DNA from: Paraspadella gotoi
Taxonomy: Eukaryota > Animalia > Chaetognatha
Length of the DNA: 64,000 nucleotides
Direction: 5' to 3'
NCBI GenBank assembly: GCA_051294375.1
Contig: CM119269.1
Span: 7,747,225 to 7,811,224, forward strand
Shown: in pieces, positions 52,660 through 64,000 of the stretch
Position numbering within the stretch: the stretch's first letter is position 1
How the letters are laid out: each line of letters starts with the position of its first letter
Notes under the pieces: generated by a model
What the model was told of the DNA's origin: nothing
Database searches by the model: none
Seen by the model: the letters and a program-made list of their open reading frames with translations, nothing else
Position numbers and translations under genes: made by a program

Positions 52660-53152
52660 CTGCGATGGGAGGAAAGGAAAGGATGAGGCGAGAATAAAAA
52701 GGAGGAAAGAGAAGGAGGAAGGAGAGAAAAGAAAAGAAATCAGAGGAGGAAAGAAAGAGAGTAAAAAAGGAGGAAAAGGCGAGAGGAAGGGGAGGAATCA
52801 GAGGAGGAAAGAGAGAAGGAAATAGAGGAAGAGGAGGAAAAGAAGAGAGTAGGGAAAGCAGAGCGAATGAGTAAAAGGAGAAAAGATTCTGAGAGACTTA
52901 ATTGAAAGTTTGCAGGATCCTGATACATGTCATTATCTTGTAATTAAGTCGGATGCCCTAACCCACCATAATATTATAAAATAAATTATTTTGTTAACGA
53001 ATATATTGACTCAATTAACTTCATGCAGTCTTCAGAGAAAAGGTGATGAAGAATGCAGAATTAAGGAATAATTTAAAACAAAAGAGAGAGAGAGAGAGAG
53101 ANNNNNNNNNNNNNNNNNNNNNNNNNAGAGGAGATGAAGAGAGAGTAGAGGA

Positions 53153-53185
<33 letters not shown>

Positions 53186-53357
53186 GAGAGATAATAAAAG
53201 AAGTTGCCAGCAGCTAACAATTGTTTTTTTGTTTTTTAAAGGTGAGCGTGATGGACCGACAGAACAGCTTAACAAAGATGCGGACCAGAGAGAGACAGAG
53301 CGAAGAGGTTCGAAGGAACTTACCCGGCAATAGCTTTTAGAGAGAGAGAAGAGAGAG

Positions 53358-53404
<47 letters not shown>

Positions 53405-53474
53405 GAAGAGAGGAGAGAGAGGAGGGCATATTTCAACAATAGAGATCAAAATGTATTTACGAAACAAGGTAAGA

Positions 53475-54437
53475 AATAGAGAGAAATAAAAATAAAAATT
53501 CAAAAAATACAACGGAAGGATGTGCCATCACTGAGGCAAAACAAGTGAGTTTACGTATGTATCTGGTCAACGGCATATGAAATTGTGAATTTGAGGGGAA
53601 AAATGCTGATTTTATTCAGAAAAAAATGATTCAATGAAGACCGCTTAAAATGAATCGTTGGAAATAACACCTGAAAGGGAAGCCGAGGCAATGGTTCCAT
53701 CAGGTTGTAAAGATTCAAAACTGACGATGGGCAGCAGTTTCCCGAACGCAAATGGTCTCGCAAGAAAAAAAAGGCAAAAAGGAAATGAAAAGGAAAAAAT
53801 AACATGTTGCGTCTGCAATATTAATAAATTGAGGAATTAAGAAGATAAAAAAAAAAAAACTGGGGGAATTAAATTCAAAAATGTAAAAACAAAGTCGAAC
53901 GAAGAAAATCGGAGGATCGAAAGAGGAATTTGTTGAAAAGTGAGGGAGAGGGAGATAGAGAGGAATGAAAGAGAGAGGAGAAGAGAGAGATGAGAGAGAG
54001 AAGAGAGAGAAGAGAGAAGAGAGAGAAGAGAGTAGAAATAAAAATAAAAATTAAAAAAAAGGAAGATGTGCATCTGAGGCAAAAAATGAGTTCTACGTAT
54101 GTATGTGGTCAAATATGAAATGTAATTTGAGGGGAAAATGTGATATTTCGAGAAAAAATGACAATGAAACCGGATTATGAATCGTTGGAAAAACTGAAAA
54201 GGGAACCGAGGCAATGGTTCCATCAGTTGTATGATTCACTACGATGGCAGCGTTTCGACGCAAATGGTCGTCAAGAAAAAAAGAAGCAAAAAGGAAATGA
54301 AAGGAAAAAATACATTTGACGTCGCAATATTAGAAAAAATGAGGAAAAGAAGTAAAAAAAAAACTGGGGGAATTAATTCAAAATGAAAAACAGAGTCGAA
54401 CGAAAAAAATCGGAGGATCGAATAAGGAAATTTGAAA
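53475..54437 (+). repeat. Noisy tandem duplication of a ~550-bp unit
   Basis: ~53480-53940 recurs at ~54033-54437 with many indels; lies between gaps. Confidence 0.85.
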
Positions 54438-57164
54438 NNNNNNNNNNNNNNNNNNNNNNNNNNNNNNNNNNNNNNNNNNNNNNNNNNNNNNNNNNNNNNN
54501 NNNNNNNNNNNNNNNNNNNNNNNNNNNNNNNNNNNNNNNNNNNNNNNNNNNNNNNNNNNNNNNNNNNNNNNNNNNNNNNNNNNNNNNNNNNNNNNNNNNN
54601 NNNNNNNNNNNNNNNNNNNNNNNNNNNNNNAAAAGGGCCAAAGAAAGAGATAAGGTCGATCGGCCGGTGGACAGCGAAAGAGATAAAGCAAATGCATCGA
54701 AAGTAGAGGGCGCGATAAGGGAAAAGCGAGGGCAGCAAAAAGGGGCAAAGAAGGAGAAAAAAAGCGTAAAAAAAAAAGGAAAATAAGGAAATGAAGAAAA
54801 AACTAAAAAAAATAGTAAGAGAGAAATAACTTGACTAAAAAATAAAAAAAACAGAAAAAAAAGAAAGAAAGAAACTGACAGAAATATTACATACGCATTG
54901 TGTCTCCTTTAACCAAATGACTCGCATCTCAAAATTGGCGGGAAAAATTTTCATGATTCATAAAATCGCAAGCGGTTTGTCCTTCGTTCATTTTCTTCCC
55001 GGTTGACAACTTCGCCTTGCTCTGAGAAGAATGACGCTGTGTACGAATGAAGCTATGTGGAACCGAGGGACTGGAGTGAGGAGGGGAATGCTGCGAGCTA
55101 GCGCAATAGACCTGTATAGGTGCGCACGAGATCAAGCACGACTGTGCCCAGCGGAGGGAAGCGCACAAGTGAGTGAGGTGCAAAGAAACAATGACGTAAC
55201 GAGAGAGAGAAGACGAGAGAGAAAGAGAAGAGAGAGACGAGAACGCGGGCAGAAAATGGAAAGAATTAAGATATCCTCTTCTCTGATGAACATACGGACG
55301 TGCTTCCTTTGTGTCTATCTNNNNNNNNNNNNNNNNNNNNNNNNNGGCAGTTTGAGATGAAAAAGGCCTCGAAGGAAAAAAAAGGAAAAAAAAGGAACGT
55401 AAAGATGAAAGGAAAATTGCGAGACGCGAACAACAAAGAGACAAAAGAGAAAGAAATGAAGTAGAATGAAAAGGAAAAGGTAATGACTTATATAGTGAAA
55501 GATTAAATAAGAAACACTGAATGAAGAAAATTCAATATTGACACATTTTTAAATGAATACATGTTGGAGCGTGATACAAATATATTGTTTCTACTATTTT
55601 TTTCTATCGATGAAAACAAAATAAATAACAAAATAACGTTAAATACAATCAATGGGATACATTCGGCCAAATAACTTTTTAATCGAAATTAGAAATCAAA
55701 AAACAATTCGGCCGAAATATATATTGAATATATTATTATATTATATATATTAATATTATATATTATATATATTGTAACGTAACAAGTAATTTGGTTTCCA
55801 TCGCCATAAAGTAAAGTATAAGCTTGAACCTAAACAGAAACTAGACTAAATGATAGATTGAGATGAGAGCTTTTAAACTAATATCGGTCGACAAGATGCT
55901 TGGCAAGCTTGGAAGCTCGCGATAACAAGACAAGGGACAGAAAATGATTTCGTGAACTTAAATCAAACGTTTTAGTAAATGTCGGTTTTTTGCACTTTGT
56001 CTCTTCTGTGTAATATACAATACGAATATATGAATAATAATATTCATAATTTGGTGATGATTTTTGAACCTCAAATCGGCTTTTAATTTCACTAAAACTG
56101 AATTCAGACAATTTAATAGCATTTGTTTAAGTCATTTCTGGAGGCCAAAAAAAGAATCCTAGAATCTAGGCTAGATAAGAAATGAGGGAGAAGAACTGAG
56201 GAGAGAAAGGGAGAAAAAGAAGAACTGAAAAGGAGAGAAAGAGAGAAAAAGAAGAAGAAACAAAAGAGAGAAAGGGGAGAATGAAAATAAATAAGAAAGG
56301 AAAGAGAGAAAAAGAAGCAGACTGAGAAGGGAGAGAAAGGGAAAAAAGAAGAAAAAAGAAGGAGAAAAAGGGAAGAAAAAGAAGAACTGAGAAGGAGAGA
56401 AAGGAAAAAAAAAGAAGGAAAAGAAGGAGAAAAAGGGAGAAAAAGAAGAACTGAGAAGGAGGAGAGAAAGGGGGAAAAGAAGAAGAAATAGAAGAAGGGG
56501 AACGACTGTTGTGCTTAGTCCGTCATCGTCGTGCGGTCGTCCTCGTTTGATGTTTGTCGCGAACGAACATAATGTTTTCGTCGTCTTCGTCCGTCGTTGT
56601 CGTTACACTTGGTCGGCGTCGCGTCAGACTAGATGGAGCGATATTAGGACGTTGTGACGTCATTAACAAGGCAATAGATAACACCCTTTTCATCTTGCTC
56701 TTCTCTCTCGTCTCATCTGCTTCTCTCGATCTCGACTCGTGCTCTCATCTCTTCTGCGGTTCCCCTTCTTCTTCCTCGATTCCCTCTCTCTCTTCTCAGG
56801 CCCCCCTAAAAAGTATTTAGCCGGAAAAATTAACATTCTGCCTCTAAAAAATTATGTCAAGAGAAATAAATTTTCCAAAAAAAATGCAATACATCTTATT
56901 TTGTTTTTGACGAGTTAAAATACATTCATTCGCAAAGGGGCTCAGCAATGAACAAAAGATTAATATCATCACTTATCTCCAGGGATATGTGAGAGCGATT
57001 TGAATTTGTGACAGCGTTTGTGATTTGTTTATGTTTATGATCTTTCGCCCTCGAGAATTTTGTTGGTGATGAGAAGGAATTTTTCTATTTCTTCTTTCAT
57101 TTTTTCATTTCTTATTCATTTTTTTAAATTTTAGTTTTTATCCTCCTTTTCCTCAACTTTATTT

Positions 57165-57680
57165 TCTTTTTCCTATTTCTTTTCCTATTTCTTTTTCTAT
57201 TTCTTCCCCATTTGCTTCCCTATTTCTTTTAATATTTCTTTTCCTATTTCTTTTCCTATTTCTTTTTCTATTTCTTACCCAATTGCTTCCCTATTTCTTT
57301 TAGTATTTCTTTTCTTATTTCTATTCCCCTATTCCCTTATTTCTGTTCCCCTATTTCTATTCCCCAATTGCTTCCCTATTTCTTTTAGTATTTCTTTTCC
57401 TATTTCTTGTCCCCTATTTGTATCGTATTTAATTTCCTATTCTTTTCTATTTTCTATTCCTATTTTTTTCTCTCTATCTTTTTCTATTTCTTTTCCTATT
57501 TTTTTAAATATTACAATTCTTATTTATTTTCCTAATTCTTTCACTATTATATTTTTTTTCAAATTTATTTTCCTGATTTGTTTTCTTATTTTTCCCCCTA
57601 TTCTTATCCTATTACTTTTCCTATTTTTTCCCTATTTCTTTTTCCTATTTCTTTTTCTATTTCTTTTTCTATTTCCCACA
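57165..57680. repeat. Degenerate 12-bp minisatellite (TTTTCCTATTTC)n
   Basis: CCTATTTC recurs with ~12-bp period. Confidence 0.8.
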
Positions 57681-59329
57681 ATCCTTCCTTTTTTNNNNNN
57701 NNNNNNNNNNNNNNNNNNNTTTCTTCGCCCAGTTTCCATTCACGTTTTTCAATCTTACCCAATTAATAAACTCTTTTCTCCCCAGAAATTCCTTTTTTCG
57801 GTACGTTTATCTATTCTATTGTGTGTATGCGCGGTTATTAATGTGGTGTCCCTGTCTTTTGATAATCCAACTAATTTTAAGCTCCGACTCACAAACTTTA
57901 ACAAAATCTGGCATAACTTTTAGAACGTTTAGCCAGTCACATACGAAAATAAACCATACATTATTATATATATTAATTTATATATATTAAAACAATAATT
58001 TAAAAAACAATTCTTTATGATTATATGTAATATAGTTAATTTATAATTTTTTTAAAAAAACCTTTCATGTTTACTACCAGTAGCATCCTCCGGTCTTAGA
58101 ATTTCTGAGACGGCAAGCTCGTGTACTCGAGTACAAATGATATTTTTTAGAGAGAATTTTGTCTTTGATATCGAGTTACACATTATGGCTACTTCCCCCT
58201 TCGGTAAGCCATTGCTTCCTAGGGAACCAATTTTGGGACCATCAGAACCTATTTGTAAAAAGTAGCTCTCGGCAGATTTTGAACCTGACACCTTTTTCGT
58301 AATGTGAAATTCCGGCGCGCTATAAGCGACTCGGTCCAAATGATTTTCATAAAAATTTTGTACAAAATAAATTATCATTAAAGCTGGAGTGTTCGCTTTT
58401 TAATTTTTTTGGGGAAACAAAACCTTCAACAATCGAAGACAGATTATTTTTGACATCCGGCGTCCCAAGTTTCCCGATTCATTGACGAAACCTTCCGCAA
58501 CGACGACGATTGATACGTAGAAGAAAGCGAATTCTGGCTATTTTTAATGTTTTGAAATTGCAGGAAGTCAGAGTCAGAGGCCGCAAAGATTTGGACATTT
58601 TCCACGTTGCTTCGTAAAGCTGTTTTTATTAAATGGTTTAATCCTAGTGCTTATTGCTGAAACAACTGAAAATGTTTTTTATACCTCGCCATCTATTGGT
58701 ATCAATATAATAAATAGGCTAAACGATTGAATAGAATGAAAGAATTGAAATCATTTTTGAAAAAAAAATAATCTTAAAGTTTTTGTATTTGCAAAAAAAT
58801 ACAAGTTTTGAGCAAACAATGTCGGATCTGCCTACAATAACTTAAGTTGGCTAATAAGCTAATACAATGATAATCTTGTTTAACGTTTTCTTGACTTTCA
58901 ATTTGTTGATCTTAACAGATTGCTAACATGTATGTAACATAAATCAAGTTTAAGCTAAACTTAATGTCGGATGCTGCCCACAATCATTATCTGGTAATTA
59001 ATTAATTAATAATTAATTTATAATTAACTTCAAGTTAATTAATTAATTTTAATTTTGGCAATTAATTAATTATTTAATCCAAAAAAGTTTTTTTTGATTA
59101 ATTAACTTTGATCTGATTAATTAATTATCGAATTAAATTAATTAAATTATTGATTAATTAAACTGAATTAATTATTGATTCTAAGTTAATACATCTTGCA
59201 CTTTACATTTATATAAAAAACGCCGAAAAAAAAGCTTTATCAATTAGTGAAACACGTTTGATTTTTTTCCATTTTTAAACTTGATGTCCACTCAATACGA
59301 TTCCATTCAAAACTTCATTATTCAGCCTC

Positions 59330-59457
59330 AATGAACACACTTCCCTACCCACACACAAAATTTCATTCCAATCCATCCATCCAGTTCATGTGGTACCTGG
59401 TAAGGTTGGGTGGCATGGACAGAGAGACGGACTTTTTTTGCATAATTTATTATAATT
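59330..59457 (+). mobile_element. Possible non-autonomous Helitron-like (Lep1/DINE-type) remnant
   Basis: CACAAAATTTCATTCCAATCC...GACAGAGAGACGGACTTTTTTTGCATAATTTATTATA resembles, from memory, the motif order of arthropod Lep1-type elements. Confidence 0.3.
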
Positions 59458-59613
59458 CGATGTTCTGACATATTATTAAATGAATGGCCTGACAACATTG
59501 ATGGGACCGACAAAGTGAATTATACGAGAAGGATCTGTCTGAAAGCAGTTGACTAAAAGAAAGAAAAATACAAAACATTTATATGAGTTTTGAATTTTGT
59601 TAGTTTTAAGTTA

Positions 59614-59700
59614 ACGAGCATGGTACGAGTGGTTTAAAACTAAAGACTTCGACGCCAGAAATGGGATAATAGTCGGAGATTCGAATCCCACTCAAGGCTA
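59614..59700 (+). mobile_element. Degenerate tRNA-like sequence, probably a tRNA-derived SINE head or tRNA pseudogene
   Basis: A-box-like TGGTACGAGTGGTT (59621-59634) and B-box-like GATTCGAATCC (59678-59688) at tRNA-like spacing; stems do not pair properly. Confidence 0.45.
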
Positions 59701-62700
59701 AACTTTTACAATAAACTGCTATGTCCCAAAGTGGTTGTAGAGCAATCTGGCTTACCAGCATAGGGTAGTAGCGCCATATGAGTTACTCCGCATAACAAGA
59801 CAAAAAGCTCTTTCAAACTTATCATTTGGGACTCGAGTTACCAGAGGCTTGCCTGTCTCAGAAATTCTAGCGGATGCTACTCGTACCTATTTTTAAAAGA
59901 ATCTCATAATTTTTTTCGATTTTTGTTATACCCTTGATACATACCGTTCCTCCTTGACGGACGCATTCCGTGCAATTTTCTCCCAGTAAAGAAAAGCGAA
60001 CGCTTACGGTGCTCTTTCTTTCCCTCGTGCAGACGATACGTCGTCCTTCCCACAAGGTTGGGTTCTCTCAAAAAACGAAAGGACTTCTCTCTTTCTCACG
60101 GTTTTATTTTGTACAGGACAGCACGGTCTTTTTCTCGCGTCAGTTCTTCAACGCTCCATTTCCAGTCTAAGTCTCTCATTTCAGTCTTAAGTCTCTCAAT
60201 TTCTCTCAGTCTTAAGTCTCTCACATTTCCAGGTCTCATCAATTCGAGTCATCTTTCTGACGTCTTCCTCCATCATATCACAAGCTCTCTCCTCAGCGGT
60301 CTCCAGGTCTGATTCAGGGTCTCAAGGTCTCTCAGTTTATAGTCTATCAATCTCGAGTCGATATGTCTATGGTCCTGAGTCTTTATATGTCTAAGATATC
60401 CCATAGCCAAGCTCCTCAGACGTCCAGTCTCTCATTCAAGCCCGACTGAATCTCGACCTACTCCCGTCCTTACCCTCATTTTTCCACTAATAACTGATAT
60501 ATCTTATTACGTCTTTCTCTTCAAAACGCCCCGACTCGTAAAGAAGGCGGTTTGTCACGCGCTCATTCAATTGATAGGACCTATCCATAACCATCATACA
60601 ACACCTGGCTGGGGGTATTACAACACATGCCGAGATAAAACAGAGTGATATAATTTAGTCGAACTAAAACCCCTGTTCGCTGATTCTGATTTATATCTTT
60701 TAAGCCTTTAACAAGCGAATTCTGATATCATATTTAAAAACAAATAATAATTCGACTTTTCCCGCGGCCGCTCCCCCTGTCTTTAAATGTAGATCACTAA
60801 ATTAGTCTCACTACGAGCTAATGCTCTTTTTTTCTCTTTTTCAGGTGCGGACCCAGCTGGTCCTCTCATGACGATTGATTGGTTAGAAACATGGGCCACT
60901 TTACGGTTATGGCAATCCAGCCTGTTAACTGGTTATCGTCCTCTCTGTTCGACTCCAACTGTAATGCTCAGCCTGGTGAGGCGCGACTCGGAGATCACCC
61001 GTCTAACATCTACGGGCGAGATAACGAGATAAACAAAGCGTTGCAGAGATTGTTGTCAGAAAAGCTCAGTCCATGCCGAGTGAGAAAATATAAATGATAC
61101 GTAAGGAGAAAAAGGAGGACAAGAAAAGAGATAGGAGATGATCTTGAGATAACTTAACTGGAAAATATGGAAGATGAAGAGGAACATAAGTGAATAGAGA
61201 AGGCAAAGGGAGGGAAGGACCCGGCTGAGAGAAAGAGCAGGCAACAGAGCTGCGCGAGGATTAGGGAAAAGACAAGAGAGAAGATGCGCTGCAAAGAATG
61301 ATAGAAGCCAGCCGTGCAGATGGACCTAAAGAGGCCTACATGAGAAAGAAGAGAACCAGAGAAAACTTAAAAAATATGGCGGGAGAGGAAAGCGCAGATA
61401 TAAACACAGATTAAGAGGAGGAAGCAGATAAGGGTAAGAGAAAGCATGCAAACGAGAGAGGAGGAAGAAAGAAAGAAGAGTGAATAGGAGGACACAGAAA
61501 TACGTACATAGCATCGAAATGTACTGAAGAAGAAAGATAAGAGAACCATCAAAAAGGTAAAAGAATAAAAACGAACATCCGCCACTGAAAATATGTCAGA
61601 GATCATCTTGGAGCTCTTGGTGTCTCGCAGTACGTTTGACGTAGTGGGAAAGATCACACGATGATTAAGCTTTTTTCGCAAATGGACTCGGACGGGACAG
61701 TATCGCCATACTCCCAAGAGACGAGACATGCTCGATCTAAAGGACATCGTGACGGTTCGTAACCCATAGTACCGGACGTGTCGACTAGAGACGACTAATG
61801 GACGTTGGCGTTAGCTGGTGCCTATACCCCATGCATTTAGCGTCGAAGAATATGACGGCCACACGAACGGACCGAACGACGAACGAGTCGACAGTACGAC
61901 ACGAACGGACGAACGGACGTACGATATCGGAGCGGACTACGGGGCGCGACGCACGGCACGCAGACGCTACAACGGGTCCTGCGGTGCGATACCCGCCCTA
62001 CTACAGACGAACGGTTACGGCACCGATCACGGACACGGGCCCGAAAAAGACTAGGTCTTTCCCGGCGGCGTTGGTCACACCTATGATCCCCGCGCTACTC
62101 TTCTGATAAAATGCTAAAACGGAAGATCAAGGTGACGTCGAGATCAAATCATTTGAGGCGGCCTCATAGCTCGCTCGACACACCTATGATGATATGACTA
62201 CTGCTGCTGATTGTGGAGAGTACAAACAATGGAGAGAGACCGAACTATGATGCTTGGCTCTCGCTCGTGCTGCTCATCCAATAATATGATGCTCTTTGGT
62301 CGCTGGACATAAAGAGCGGGCTTAACGATGAAATGAGGCTCCGGTATGGTATTGTATTTTAAGAAACCAACACGCTGCAAAGGGCTGAAACGCTCTCGAA
62401 CCACTGAGTCACGAACCTGGTAGCGTCGTGACGGCTCGTAACCTAGACTGATAGCGCCGAAATATAACGCGTGATCTAGTGAGTGAAAGATAATACGGAT
62501 AGGTCTCTCCCGGTGAATAGAGAAGGAGTAATAACAATATATAGGATGGAAACGTGACCGGACAGTCGGTCTACGTGTGGAAGGAGATGCAAGAGGATGA
62601 GAGGATATAAAAAATCAAGGACTGGGCAAAAATGATCATAATATTGTCTATCCATTGTATCTTTAAGAATGATATAAATATTATAAGTGTACTGGTTCAT

Positions 62701-62730
62701 TACTTTTTTCTAGAATAACTCTCCTCTCCT

Positions 62731-63580
62731 CATTCGCAAAGGGGCTCAGCAATGAACAAAAGATTAATATCATCACTTATCTCCAGGGATATGTGAGAGC
62801 GATTTGAATTTGTGACAGCGTTTGTGATTTGTTTATGTTTATGATCTTTCGCCCTCGAGAATTTTGTTGGTGATGAGAAGGAATTTTTCTATTTCTTCTT
62901 TCATTTTTTCATTTCTTATTCATTTTTTTAAATTTTAGTTTTTATCCTCCTTTTCCTCAACTTTATTTTCTTTTTCCTATTTCTTTTCCTATTTCTTTTT
63001 CTATTTCTTCCCCATTTGCTTCCCTATTTCTTTTNNNNNNNNNNNNNNNNNNNNNNNNNTCGTGGTTTTTTGCACTTTGTTCTTCTTGTGTAATATACAA
63101 TACGAATATATGATAATATATATTCATAATGGTGATTGATTTGAACCTCAAATCGGCTTTTAATTTCACTAAAACTGAATTCAGACAATTTAATAGCATT
63201 TGTTTAAGTCATTTCTGGAGGCCAAAAAAAGAATCCTAGAATCTAGGCTAGATAAGAAAGGAGGGAGGAAAGAACTGAGGAGAGAAAAGGGAGAAAAAGA
63301 AGAACTGAAAAGGAGAAAGAGAGAAAAAGAGAGAAGAAACAAAAGGGAAAGGGGAAAATAAGAAAATAATAAGAAGAAAGAGAGAAAAGAAGAAAGAACT
63401 GAGAAGGGAGAGAAAGGGAAAAAAAAAGAAGAAAAAAAGAAGGAGAAAAGGGAGGAAAAAGAAGAACTGAGAAGGAGAGAAAGGAAAAAAAGAAGAAACT
63501 AGAAGAAGGGAACGACTGTTGTGCTTAGTCGTCATCGTCGTCGTCGTCCTCGTTTGATGTTGTCCGAACAACATAATTTT

Positions 63581-63611
<31 letters not shown>

Positions 63612-63749
63612 TACTGTCGGCGTCGGCGTCAGACTAGATGGACGATATTAGGACTGTTGTGACGTCATTAACAAGGCAAAGATAACACCCTTTTCATCTC
63701 TCTCTCTCTCCTTCCTCTCTCTCTCTCTCTCTCTCGTTCTCCTCTCTCT

Positions 63750-63789
<40 letters not shown>

Positions 63790-64000
63790 GCGGTTCCCCC
63801 TTCTTCTTCTTTCCGATTCCCTCTCTCTCTCTCGGCCCCAAAATATTTTAGCCGACAAAATTACTTTCTGCTAAAAAAATTATGTCAAGAAAATAATTTT
63901 CAAAAAAAATGCAATACATCTTATTTTGTTTTTTTTATTCATTCGCAAAGGGGCTCAGCAATGAACAAAAGATTATATCATCACTTATCTCCAGGGATAT
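62731..64000 (+). repeat. Duplicates flanking a 25-N gap: 62731-63034 = ~56926-57230 (near exact); 63061-64000 = ~55982-56988
   Basis: CATTCGCAAAGGGGCTCAGCAATG occurs at ~56926, 62731 and 63940. Confidence 0.9.

Noticed and set aside
58052-58378. 108-aa minus-strand ORF as transposase or gene
   Set aside because: No DDE, RT or other motif recognised, and no convincing splice context.
59614-59700. Functional tRNA gene
   Set aside because: Acceptor and anticodon stems do not pair and the B box is mutated; kept only as a SINE/pseudogene candidate.

Overview
Eukaryotic (almost certainly bilaterian animal) draft-assembly sequence: AT-rich, saturated with (GA)n, (GAC/TCG)n, (CAT)n and (TTTC)n microsatellites, with many N gaps, ten of them exactly 25 N. 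I found no prokaryotic gene structure, rRNA, CRISPR array or intact transposase/RT ORF, and almost every ORF in the supplied track is a microsatellite or N-run translation. A large part of the window is the same few kb repeated as direct, inverted and fold-back copies that differ mainly by small indels. This looks like error-rich long reads patched into gaps (assembly artefact), not biology. After mentally collapsing those copies, a phase-consistent chain of GT-AG exons can be read on the minus strand (ATG 35121 to a stop at 13712 or 10663), encoding a low-complexity Ser/Pro/Ala-rich protein of about 333 or 400 aa that I do not recognise. Its start codon sits inside a perfect RFX X-box in a possibly bidirectional promoter. 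There is also an acidic exon with a SIM-like motif (444-788), weaker plus-strand exon candidates, a dispersed TIR/MITE-like repeat family and SINE/Helitron-like remnants. All gene calls are by-eye splice-site and phase inferences without homology or transcript support. I do not see convincing evidence of a novel biological system.
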